A DNA stretch of 61,285 nt from an uncultured Anaerolinea sp. (GTDB lineage: Bacteria > Chloroflexota > Limnocylindria > Limnocylindrales > CSP1-4). The position numbers were made by a program, and so were the translations under genes. Positions 36,635 to 45,700 of this stretch are shown here, in pieces (the first letter of the stretch is position 1; every line of letters begins with the position of its first letter). The notes beneath the pieces were generated by a model. It saw nothing but the letters and a program-made list of their open reading frames with translations, had not been told where the DNA came from and ran no database searches. Location of the stretch: assembly GCA_964625345.1 (NCBI GenBank), contig CAZVDO010000004.1, positions 14,291-75,575 of the forward strand, given 5' to 3'.

Positions 36635-37768
36635 TCACGGCGTCGGTCCCGCCGCGGCCGCGAGGGCCGCCTCGAGCGCCTCGAGCCCGGCGCGCAGGCG
36701 CTCGGTGGTGGGCCACCCGAACCCGAGGCGGAATGCATCGTCGGGCTGGCCGAACCAGTGGCCCGGACCCACGATCGTGCCGTGCTCCTCGAACAGGATT
36801 CGATGGAACCGATCGAGGTCGACGCCGTCGGCGCGATCCGGACGGATCCTCGGGAACCCCACGGCTCCGCCCGTGGGCCGAACCCACTCGAAGCTCGATG
36901 CGGCGATCCAGGCGTCGACGATCGATCGGTGGGCTGCCACCTCCGCCCGCAGGCGAGGCAGCCACATCCCGCGCGCCTCCAGCACCGCGGCGCCGATTGC
37001 CTCGTCGACGACCGAGTTCGCGATCACGATCTGCTCCTTCGCGGCGAGCAGCGTCTCGAGGAGCTCCGCGTCGCGCGAGGCGAGCCAGCCGAGCCGGATC
37101 CCGGGCACGCCGTAGGCCTTCGACAGGCTCGAGACGCTGATCGCCCGCGACGATCGGGCCGCCACGGGCTCGGAGGGCACCCCGTCCGCGAGGTCGCGAT
37201 AGGTCTCGTCGAGGAGAAGCCGGGCGCGCGGATGCGCTTCCACGAGGGCGAGCACGCGGTCGAGATCGGGCCGGGCGATGACGGTTCCGGTCGGGTTGCC
37301 CGGGCTCGTGAGCGAGACCAGCACGGTGCGCGCCGTCATCGCCGCCGCGATCCGCTCGGGCGCGATCCGCCAGTCGTCCTCCCGTCGCGCCTCGAGGACC
37401 GTCACGTCGGCCCCGATGGCCCGGGGCGTCTCGAGGTTCGTGGCGTAGTTCGGCGCGGCGACGACCACGTGATCGCTCGGTGCGAGGAGCGCGGAGTGCA
37501 CGAGGAACAGCGCCGCCACGGCGCCCGGCGTGGTCAGGATCTCCTCGGGTGCCATCGACCAGTGGGTCGCAATGGACGAACGCAGGTCCGGCCGCCCGAG
37601 ATGGTCCCCGTAGGCGAGGACCAGGCCCGCGAGCCGCTCGCCGAGACCGGGGTCGATCGCATCGAGGCGGAGGTCGCGGACCGAGCTCTCGGCGAGGTTG
37701 TTGCGGATCCGGTCGTAGCCGAGCTGTTCGGGCGACTCGATCTCGATCGGAAGCCTGCGATAGCGCAT
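36635..37768 (-). CDS. Class-I/II PLP-dependent aminotransferase
   Basis: ORF 36635-38005 trimmed to ATG 37768: MRYRRLPIEIESPEQLGYDRIRNNLAESSV...YGDHLGRPDLR...NPTGTV...SLSKAYGVPGIRLGW. Confidence 0.87.
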   Translation of the reverse strand: MRYRRLPIEIESPEQLGYDRIRNNLAESSVRDLRLDAIDPGLGERLAGLVLAYGDHLGRPDLRSSIATHWSMAPEEILTTPGAVAALFLVHSALLAPSDHVVVAAPNYATNLETPRAIGADVTVLEARREDDWRIAPERIAAAMTARTVLVSLTSPGNPTGTVIARPDLDRVLALVEAHPRARLLLDETYRDLADGVPSEPVAARSSRAISVSSLSKAYGVPGIRLGWLASRDAELLETLLAAKEQIVIANSVVDEAIGAAVLEARGMWLPRLRAEVAAHRSIVDAWIAASSFEWVRPTGGAVGFPRIRPDRADGVDLDRFHRILFEEHGTIVGPGHWFGQPDDAFRLGFGWPTTERLRAGLEALEAALAAAAGPTP

Positions 37769-37782
37769 GGTCGGGGAGTGTA

Positions 37783-37799
37783 GGCCGGTCGGACCGGCC
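37783..37799. promoter_or_regulatory. Perfect 17-bp palindrome GGCCGGTC-G-GACCGGCC (possible operator)
   Basis: Read directly from the sequence. It lies in the 124-nt divergent spacer, 15 nt upstream of the aminotransferase ATG. Confidence 0.4.
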
Positions 37800-37880
37800 G
37801 GCGCCGCGCGAGTCGGCCGAGCGCGGTGCGCATCGGGCCCGCGTGGTGGCTCCTGCCGCACGTCCCACCGACGCGCTCGG

Positions 37881-37886
37881 TAGCAT
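37881..37886 (+). promoter_or_regulatory. Candidate -10 element TAGCAT 6 nt upstream of ATG 37893 (leaderless pattern)
   Basis: TAGCAT-cgcgtc-ATG. Confidence 0.4.
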
Positions 37887-37892
37887 CGCGTC

Positions 37893-39134
37893 ATGGCACT
37901 CGACGTCGACGCACTGCGGGCGCGCTTTCCCGCCCTCTCCCGGCCCCATGGCGACCGACCGCTGGCGTTCTTCGACGGCCCGGGCGGGACCCAGGTCCCC
38001 GACACCGTGATCGAGGCCGTCGCGGGCTACTACCGCGATTCGAACGCCAACACCGGGGGGCGATTCGCCACGTCGGCGGCCTCGGACGCGATCCTCGCGG
38101 AGGCCCACGATGCGGTCGGGGACCTGCTCGGCGTCGATGGCGACGAGATCGTCTTCGGGCCGAACATGACCACGCTCACGTTCCAGTTGAGCCGGTCGAT
38201 CGGCGCCTCGCTCCGGCCGGGCGACGAGGTCGTCGTGACGGGCCTGGATCACGCGGCGAACGTCGATCCCTGGATCGCAGCGGCACGAGACAACGAGCTG
38301 ATCGTCCGGACCTGGGAGCCGGACCTCGCCGACTGCACGCTCGACCTCGCGGCCCTGCGGCGAATCGTGGGGCCCCGGACCCGAGTGGTCGCCGTCGGGT
38401 GGGCGTCGAATGCGGTCGGCACCATCAACCGCGTGGCGGAGGCCGCCGCCATCGCCCACGAGGTCGGGGCGATCGCCTACGTCGATGCCGTGCACGCCGC
38501 GCCCCACCTGCCGATCGACGCCCGGGCGGTCGACGCCGACTTCGTGGCCACGTCGGTGTACAAGTATTTCGGGCCACATGTCGGTGCCGTGTACGGGCGA
38601 CGTGAGCTCCTGGACCGGCTCCCGGCCTACAAGGTGCGGCCCGCCCATCATCGATTCGAGACCGGGACCGCGAACCACGAAGGCATGGCCGGCGCGTTGG
38701 CCGCCATCGGCTACCTGGAGGACGTCGGCCGGATGGCCCTGGCGGGGGAGGGGAGCGGCCGGCGGGGCCGCCTCGTCGCGGGGATGGAGGCGATCCGGGA
38801 GGCCGAGCTCGCCCTGTATGGCCGGCTCCACGAGGGCCTCGTCCGCATGGCCGGCATCACGATCCACGGCATCACCGATCCCGAGCGGTTCGCCTGGCGC
38901 ACGCCCACGGCGGCGATCCGCGTGGCCGGCGTGGGTTCTGCCGAGGTCGCAGCCGCCCTGGGCGAGGCGGGATATGCGGTCTGGGACGGCGACTTCTACG
39001 CGCTCGACCTGATCACCCGCCTGGGCTATGCCGACGACGGGGGCGTGGTCCGGATCGGGCTGACCCACTACAACACGGCGGACGAGGTCGACGGCCTGCT
39101 CGGCGAGCTCGCCCGGATTGCGAACCGGGCGTGA
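37893..39134 (+). CDS. Class-V aminotransferase, cysteine-desulfurase-like protein
   Basis: 413-aa ORF: RARFPAL...FFDGPGGTQVP...YYRDSNANTGG, PLP-lysine region ATSVYKYFGPH. Confidence 0.87.
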   Translation: MALDVDALRARFPALSRPHGDRPLAFFDGPGGTQVPDTVIEAVAGYYRDSNANTGGRFATSAASDAILAEAHDAVGDLLGVDGDEIVFGPNMTTLTFQLSRSIGASLRPGDEVVVTGLDHAANVDPWIAAARDNELIVRTWEPDLADCTLDLAALRRIVGPRTRVVAVGWASNAVGTINRVAEAAAIAHEVGAIAYVDAVHAAPHLPIDARAVDADFVATSVYKYFGPHVGAVYGRRELLDRLPAYKVRPAHHRFETGTANHEGMAGALAAIGYLEDVGRMALAGEGSGRRGRLVAGMEAIREAELALYGRLHEGLVRMAGITIHGITDPERFAWRTPTAAIRVAGVGSAEVAAALGEAGYAVWDGDFYALDLITRLGYADDGGVVRIGLTHYNTADEVDGLLGELARIANRA

Positions 39135-40015
39135 ATACGGTGGGAACCACCCCGAACGAAGGGCGTCGCTACGGCGCCCAGAGCATGACCGCGCCCCTTC
39201 GCGACGTCCTCGTGAAGCGTCCGGGGCCCGCCTTCGGGGCGGCCTTCGACGACCCCGCCCACGGGTTCCTCCACCGCGTCGACCTCGACCTCGCCCGCCG
39301 TGAGCACGATGCGTTCGTCGACGTGCTCGCCGGACTGGGCCCGACCGTCCACGTGCTCGAGGACGAGGTGGCCAGCCCGGACCTCGTGTACGTGTTCGAT
39401 CCGCTGCTCGTCTCGGACCGGGGGTCGATCGCCCTCCGACCGGGCAAGCCGAACCGCCAGGTCGAGCCGGCCGTGCTCGAGCGATGGACCGCCGAGGCCG
39501 GCATTCCCTCGGCCGGCCGGATCGAGGCACCCGGCACGATCGAGGGCGGTGACACGTTCTGGCTCCGGCCGGATCTCCTGTGCATCGGACGGACCCTTCG
39601 GACCAACGACGAGGGAGCGCGCCAGCTGGGCGCCATCGTCGGAGGGGACGTGCGGGTCTTCGACGTTCCGTACTGGCACGGGCCGGCCGAGTTGATCCAC
39701 CTGCTCTCGGTCATCTCGCCCGTCGCCGACGACCTCGCCGTGGTTTTCCTTCCCCTCCTGCCGGTGGGGCTGTGGGAGCTCTGCCGCGACCTCGGGATCC
39801 GGTTGATCGAGGTGCCGCCCGAGGAGTTCCCGTCCCTCGGCTGCAACGTCCTGGCGGTACGCCCCGGCGTCGTCATCCTTGCCGAGGACAACCCGGAGAC
39901 CGCACGGGCCCTCGCGTCCGCGGGCTGCGAGGTCCATACGTACCCGGCGACCGAGATCGGGATCAACGGCTCCGGTGGGCCGACCTGCATGACCCGCCCG
40001 ATCCTCCGTGGGTGA
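39131..40015 (+). CDS. DDAH / amidinotransferase-type guanidino-group-modifying hydrolase
   Basis: 294-aa ORF. The GTG start overlaps the upstream stop (GTGA); ATG 39185 is an alternative. Motifs IEGGDTFWL, HLLSVISPV and C-terminal catalytic-Cys motif GGPTCMTRPILRG. Confidence 0.83.
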   Translation: MNTVGTTPNEGRRYGAQSMTAPLRDVLVKRPGPAFGAAFDDPAHGFLHRVDLDLARREHDAFVDVLAGLGPTVHVLEDEVASPDLVYVFDPLLVSDRGSIALRPGKPNRQVEPAVLERWTAEAGIPSAGRIEAPGTIEGGDTFWLRPDLLCIGRTLRTNDEGARQLGAIVGGDVRVFDVPYWHGPAELIHLLSVISPVADDLAVVFLPLLPVGLWELCRDLGIRLIEVPPEEFPSLGCNVLAVRPGVVILAEDNPETARALASAGCEVHTYPATEIGINGSGGPTCMTRPILRG

Positions 40016-41318
40016 CGAGGTGATCGAACCGGGACCGGGATCGCGCACGAGCCTGTCCGCGGCGCAGCAGCGCGCGGCGTCGGCCGTGGACGCCGGCCAT
40101 GCCGTCGACGTCCTCACCCGTCTCGTGCAGACGCCGAGCGTGACGGGCGATGAATCGGCCGTCCAGGCAGTGGTTGCCGCGGAGCTCGAGTCGCTTGGCT
40201 GTCGCGTCGAGCGCATCGAGACCGACCCTGACGAGTTCGCCCGCGAGGATCCCGACTGGCCGGGTGCCGAGTTGCCGCGCAACGAGCTCGTCACGATCGT
40301 CGGTCGCGCCGGCCGGCCCGGCGGCCGACGACTGCTCCTCGTTGGCCATACGGATGTGGTGCCGGTTGGCGATCGCGCCACCTGGTCGGTCGACCCGTGG
40401 GCCGCCGAGGTCCGCGACGGGCGTTGCTACGGCCGTGGCGCGGCCGACATGAAGGGTGGCTGCGCATCGATTCTCGCCGCCGTGCGGGCGCTCCGGGAGA
40501 CCGGCGCCCTCGACACGCTCGACGGAGAGCTGGTCGTGGCGTTCGTGCCCTCGGAGGAGGACGGTGGCCAGGGGATGCTCGCGGCGATCCGGGCGGGGAT
40601 CGTCGGGGACGCGGCGATCATCACGGAGCCGACGGACCTGGACGTGGTGGTCGCCCACGCCGGAGCACTGACGTTCCGCCTGACCGTCCCCGGTCGAGCG
40701 GCGCACGCTTCCCGGCGGCGCGACGGCGTGTCCGCCCTCGACAAGCTCATGGTCCTGGTTCGCGCCCTGGAGGCGGACGAGGCGGCGGTCAACGCGGCCG
40801 AGACCGATCCGCTGATGACGGCGCTCGGGCTGCCGTATCCCACGATGGTCGGGATGGTGTCGGGCGGCTCGTGGGCCTCCACGGTCATGGACCAGGTCAC
40901 GGCCGACGGGCGATACGGCGTGGCCCTGGGCGAGACGTGGCGCGACGCCGAGCGCCGTCTCCGGCGCGTCATCGCCGAGGCCGCCGCTGCCGATCCGTTC
41001 CTGCGCGACCACCCGCCGGTCGTGGAACTGGTCGGCGGGAAGTTCTCGTCGGCCCGGGTTCCGGCCGATCACCCGCTGCCGGTCGGCCTGGCGGCGGTCA
41101 GCGAGGCCGTCACCGGCCGCCGTCCGAGCCTCCTCGGCGAGCCCTACGGCGCGGACATGCGGCTCCTCGTGAACGAGGGCCGCACGCCGACCGTGATCTT
41201 CGGTCCCGGCCACGTCGAGCGTGCGCACGTTGCCGACGAATCGGTCCCGGTCGATGACGTCGTCACCTGTGCCCGCGTGCTCGCGGCGTGGGTCGTGGGG
41301 GCGCTGGCCGTGCGCTGA
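40008..41318 (+). CDS. M20-family ArgE/DapE-type deacylase
   Basis: 436-aa ORF with an 8-nt overlap with the upstream gene. Motifs LLLVGHTDVVPVGD, GRGAADMKGG, SEEDGGQG. Confidence 0.9.
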   Translation: MGDEVIEPGPGSRTSLSAAQQRAASAVDAGHAVDVLTRLVQTPSVTGDESAVQAVVAAELESLGCRVERIETDPDEFAREDPDWPGAELPRNELVTIVGRAGRPGGRRLLLVGHTDVVPVGDRATWSVDPWAAEVRDGRCYGRGAADMKGGCASILAAVRALRETGALDTLDGELVVAFVPSEEDGGQGMLAAIRAGIVGDAAIITEPTDLDVVVAHAGALTFRLTVPGRAAHASRRRDGVSALDKLMVLVRALEADEAAVNAAETDPLMTALGLPYPTMVGMVSGGSWASTVMDQVTADGRYGVALGETWRDAERRLRRVIAEAAAADPFLRDHPPVVELVGGKFSSARVPADHPLPVGLAAVSEAVTGRRPSLLGEPYGADMRLLVNEGRTPTVIFGPGHVERAHVADESVPVDDVVTCARVLAAWVVGALAVR

Positions 41319-41381
41319 CCCTCGGGCTGCCCGGCGGCCAGAGCGCGCGCTGAGCCGTGGCTTTCAAGGCGGCCCCAGATG

Positions 41382-42653
41382 TCAGGCCGTCGGTGTCGCG
41401 GCCTCGGGCTCCAGGTGGGCGTGCGCGATCGCACGGCGGTGGGCCCGCAGGGTCAGCACCGGGATCGCGACCACGGCGGCGCCGAGGATCCCGAGGGCGG
41501 TGTAGCCCACCCAGGCCATGATCAGCCCGGATCCGAGGCTGGCGGCTGCGGCCGTGCTCCAGATGAGCCCGTCGGCGACGCCCTGGACCCTCGTCCGTTC
41601 GTGGAGCTCGAGGTGTTCCGAGAGGAGCGCGCTGCCGGCCACGAATCCGAAGTTCCAGCCGAGGCCGATCAGGAACAGGGCGAGGAACAGGATCCAGCCG
41701 CCGTCCGCCGGGGCGACCGCGGCCATGAGGGCCGAGCCGGCCAGCGTGGCGGTGCCGAGGAAGATGGTCCGAACGGGCCCGAAGCGCTCCGAGAGCCGGC
41801 CCGAGATCGGCGAGAACGCAAACATCCCGAGGGTGTGCGCCGACAGCACCGCGCCGACCGCGGCAAGCCCGTGCCCATGCTCGGTCATGTGGAGCGGCGT
41901 CATCGTCATGATCAGGACCATCACGAACTGGCCGGCGACGAGCGCGATGATCGCCGCCATGACCCCTGGCCGGCGAAGGATGCCTGCAAGGCGGTCGCGG
42001 GGCACCGTGGTGGCCGCTGCATGGGCGTCGAGGGCGGTCTGGTCGGCGAGCTCATACGGGTCCGGTCGCAGCCATCCGAACGACAGGAGGGCCGCAACTC
42101 CCACGAACACGACCGGGACGAGGTACGGCCCCGACAGGCCCGGCAGCCCCGCCCGGATCGCCAGGTCGCTTGCGATGGGTACCAGCTGCGGCCCGATGAC
42201 CGACCCGACCGTGGCGGCCCAGACCACGGTGCTGATCGCGGTGGCACGCCGCGCGGCCGGTGCCATGTCGGCCGCGGCGTAGCGGGACAGCTGGTTGGAG
42301 CTGTTGCCGAAGCCGATCAGCGTGGTCCCGACGATGAGGAGCGGAAAGCTCCGCACCAGGACGCTTGCCGTCGCCACGAGGGCGCCGGCAACCCCGATCC
42401 CGTATCCCAGGGCCAGGCCCGCCCGTCGCCCGCGCCTGGACATCAGCGACGACAGCAGGAGCGCGCCCATGGCCGCGCCGAGTACCACGCTCGCGCCCGG
42501 CGCGCCCGCCAGGGTCTGCGTCCCCAGGAGGTCCTTGGCGACGATCGTGGCGACGGTGACCGCAGCGATGTGGCCGGTGCTTCCCAGGGCCACGCCCGCG
42601 ACAAGGGTCCGCCGGGCGCGTCGCCGGGCGCGCTCGAGCGCAAGGGGATCCAT
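41382..42653 (-). CDS. MFS transporter
   Basis: ORF 41382-42824 trimmed to ATG 42653. About 12 hydrophobic segments and the loop motif MSRRGRRAGL. Confidence 0.87.
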   Translation of the reverse strand: MDPLALERARRRARRTLVAGVALGSTGHIAAVTVATIVAKDLLGTQTLAGAPGASVVLGAAMGALLLSSLMSRRGRRAGLALGYGIGVAGALVATASVLVRSFPLLIVGTTLIGFGNSSNQLSRYAAADMAPAARRATAISTVVWAATVGSVIGPQLVPIASDLAIRAGLPGLSGPYLVPVVFVGVAALLSFGWLRPDPYELADQTALDAHAAATTVPRDRLAGILRRPGVMAAIIALVAGQFVMVLIMTMTPLHMTEHGHGLAAVGAVLSAHTLGMFAFSPISGRLSERFGPVRTIFLGTATLAGSALMAAVAPADGGWILFLALFLIGLGWNFGFVAGSALLSEHLELHERTRVQGVADGLIWSTAAAASLGSGLIMAWVGYTALGILGAAVVAIPVLTLRAHRRAIAHAHLEPEAATPTA

Positions 42654-42720
42654 GGGTCGGGTCACAGGCGGAGGATAGCCGTGGCTGCCGATCGCCGCGG
42701 GTGCCGATGCCCGCGGCGGG

Positions 42721-45700
42721 TCACAGTCCCAGGGTCGGCCGCTCGATGCCGGGTCGAGGTCCCGGCTTCGTCCCACCCGCGGGTGGCGTGGCACCGCGTG
42801 TCCCGGCTTCCTGCTCTGCCGCACGGCGCAGGTACAGGTGGAAGCCGTTGAGGAGCCGCATCTGTTCGGGGGTCCGGCAGGCGACGAGGAAGAGGTCGGG
42901 GTTCGCCACGAGCGCGGCCAGGCCCTGCGCCCGGGAGATCGCCACGTTCAGCCGGTTTCCGGAGTAGAGGAACTCGAGGTCTCTGGGCGCATCGTCCGGC
43001 GACGAGGTCGCCATCGAGTAGATCGCGACGGGTGCCTCGCGGCCCTGGAACAGGTCCACGGTGCCCGCATTCGGCTCCGTCCCGAACGCGACCCGTCCCT
43101 GGCGCCGGATCTCGGCCACCTGCGCGTTGTAGGGCGCGACCACGAGCATGTCGGCGAGCTCGATCGGTCGTTCACGCCCGAGCGCGTCCACCCACGGCCG
43201 CCCGATCAGCGACGCGATGGCATCGATGACCCAGGCCGCCTCCTCGGGCGCCCGATTGCCCCGGTCCTCGTGGGCGACGGGCACGAATCGGACCCCGGTT
43301 CCGCCCAGCGGTGCCCCGGGCGCGAGGCGCTGGCGGGCCGTGCGGGCCTCAGTTGTGACGCGGCCGTCGTAGTAGGCCGGCGAGATGAACGCGTTCACGT
43401 CCGGATGGAGGCGCCAGGTCGTGTCGAGGAGCAGGCCTCGATCCGGCGCGATCGTGCGGGCGTCCCCGATGAGGTGCTCGAGCGCGGACGCCGCGGCGCC
43501 CTCGGGATGGACGCCCGTGGAGACCTGCGGAAGCTGGTTCGGGTCCCCCAGCAGCACGAGCGAATCCGCGGCTCCCGCGACCGCGACGGTGTTGGCGAGC
43601 GAGAACTGACCGGCCTCGTCAACGAAGAGCACGTCGATCGATTGCTCCATGTCCAGCCGCGACCACAGCCACGAGGTCCCGCCGAGCACGTCGATCTCGC
43701 GGTCCCGCACGGCGATCACCGCTCGCTCGTTGGTCCCGATTCGCTCGATTCCAAGGTTCGGCTCGATGTCCGTCTCGTCATCCGAGCGATGCCCAAGGCG
43801 CACGACTTCCCCCGCCTCCGCGAACGCGGCGGCGACCGACTTCAGGGCGTTCCCGATGACGCGATGGGACTGGGCGGTGATCCCGACCACGCGGCCGGCG
43901 CGCACGAGGTCGAGGATCATGCGCGCGGCGGTGTAGGTCTTGCCCGTGCCAGGGGGGCCCTGGATGGCCAGTACGGTCCCGTCGAGGGCCAGGCCGAGCC
44001 TGCGAGCCGCGTCGAGGGCGGTTTCATCGTTCGCTCGAAGGGGGCCCCCGGCGTGGTCTCGGAACCGGGGCGGGTGCCGGGCCACGAGCTCGCGAGCGGC
44101 ACGGCGAGGACCAGTGTCCGCGAAGGCGTGGCCGGCTGCCTGCGACGCGATCACCTGGTCGGCGACCCGCCCGATGGCCTCTTCCTGCGCGTCCGTGTTG
44201 TAGGGCCCATTGGGGATGATTGCGCGGGGCGACGACTTGCCGCTTGCGTCCTTGAGATCGACCGTGCCCGCCAGGGGATCGATGGCCACGACGTCCACGC
44301 CCGCCGGCTTTGTCTCCGCGCCGTAGAGCCCGCCCGCCGAGCCGACGTCGATCCGCGTGTCCTGGCGAGGATCGAACGCGTAGCGCCGAACGACACGGGT
44401 CTTGACGGTGCCCAGTTCCTCGACCAGCTGGAGGCCGGCGAGGGCGTTCGGGTCCTCGAAGAGCGTCTCCGCGTCGCCTTCCCGGAGCCGATACTGGTCC
44501 CACCACTGGGGCTTGGCCTCCCGCCGATGCCAGCTCACGAGGCCTGCGAGCAGCCAGCGCGCCTGTTCGTCCGGGGAGCGCTCGGCGGCATCGGCCGGGA
44601 TGCCGGCTCGGAGTGCATCCTCGCGCTCCCGCGCCTTCGCGCTCCGCTCGGTCACCTTCGCGGCAGGCTCCGGCTCGCCGGGTCCCGGTCGCGGCACCAC
44701 GCCGTCGGGATACCACTCCGGGTGCGTCGCAAGCGCCTCGACGCGCAGCGACTCGAGCCAGTTGCGCAGGCCGAGGTTGGACAGGCAGTCGTCCCGGTTG
44801 TACGCGGCAATCGCCTCGAGGATCTCGGGATCCTGCGTCTCGATCCAGCGCTCGTACTCGACGATGCTGAACCCGGCGTTCGTGATCCCGCCCTCCCGCT
44901 CCGGCATGTAGAAGGGCTCGAGCCGCTTGATCGAGTAGCTCTCGACGCTCGCGAGGAGCGCCTGGCGCACGACGTGGTCGTAAAGGTTGACCAGGACCTT
45001 GCCGCGGAGGAGCGCGTCGATCTCGTCCTCGCGGGTGGCGTGCCGCTGCATGAGGCGCTTGAGTGCGCCCGATTCATAGGCACCGTAGTGGTAGACGTGC
45101 ATGCCGGGGTCCTGGCGCAGGCGGTCCATGACGAGGTCGACGAAGGACTCGAGCGCCGCCTTCTCGGCCGCCCGGTCGTGCGCCCACTGGACATGGAACG
45201 CGGGCTCCGCGCCCGGCCCGTCCACGTCGACCCAGCCCCACAGGTATTCCAGCCCGCCCTGCATCGCGAGATGGTCGGCCTCGAGGTCGAAGAAGAGGTC
45301 GAGTGGCGAGGGCGGTGGCAGCGCCGCCAGTCCGCGCCCGGCGTCGCCCGGCGTCGGCTCGAGGAGCTCGTAGTGGGGCCGTCCGGTCGCCTCTCCGCGG
45401 ACCTGGAGCGCCGCCTGGCGGCGCAGCCGGTCCAGCACGCGCGGCTGCATGGCGGCGATCGGCGCACCGGGCTCGAGGTCCGCGAGGGCCCGGCGGGTGG
45501 TGACGCCGCCTTCCACGAGCTTCCGGCGCTGGACGCGTGTCGCGCCGGCGACGATCGAGAGGTGGTCGTCGGCACGGCGCTGGTCCATGCAGCGCGTCCA
45601 CCACGGGCAGATGTCGCAGTGGCCGACCGGTTCCGGATAGGTCGGCGGCGTCGCCGCGTCCGAGGCCTCGAAGACGCGCGCCTCGAATCGCTCGCGAGCG

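Noticed and set aside
36567-39530. Upstream part of the 1198-aa reverse-strand ORF 35934-39530
   Set aside because: It is antisense to the class-V PLP and DDAH-like genes and out of frame with the aminotransferase. Only the terminal MarR portion is credible.
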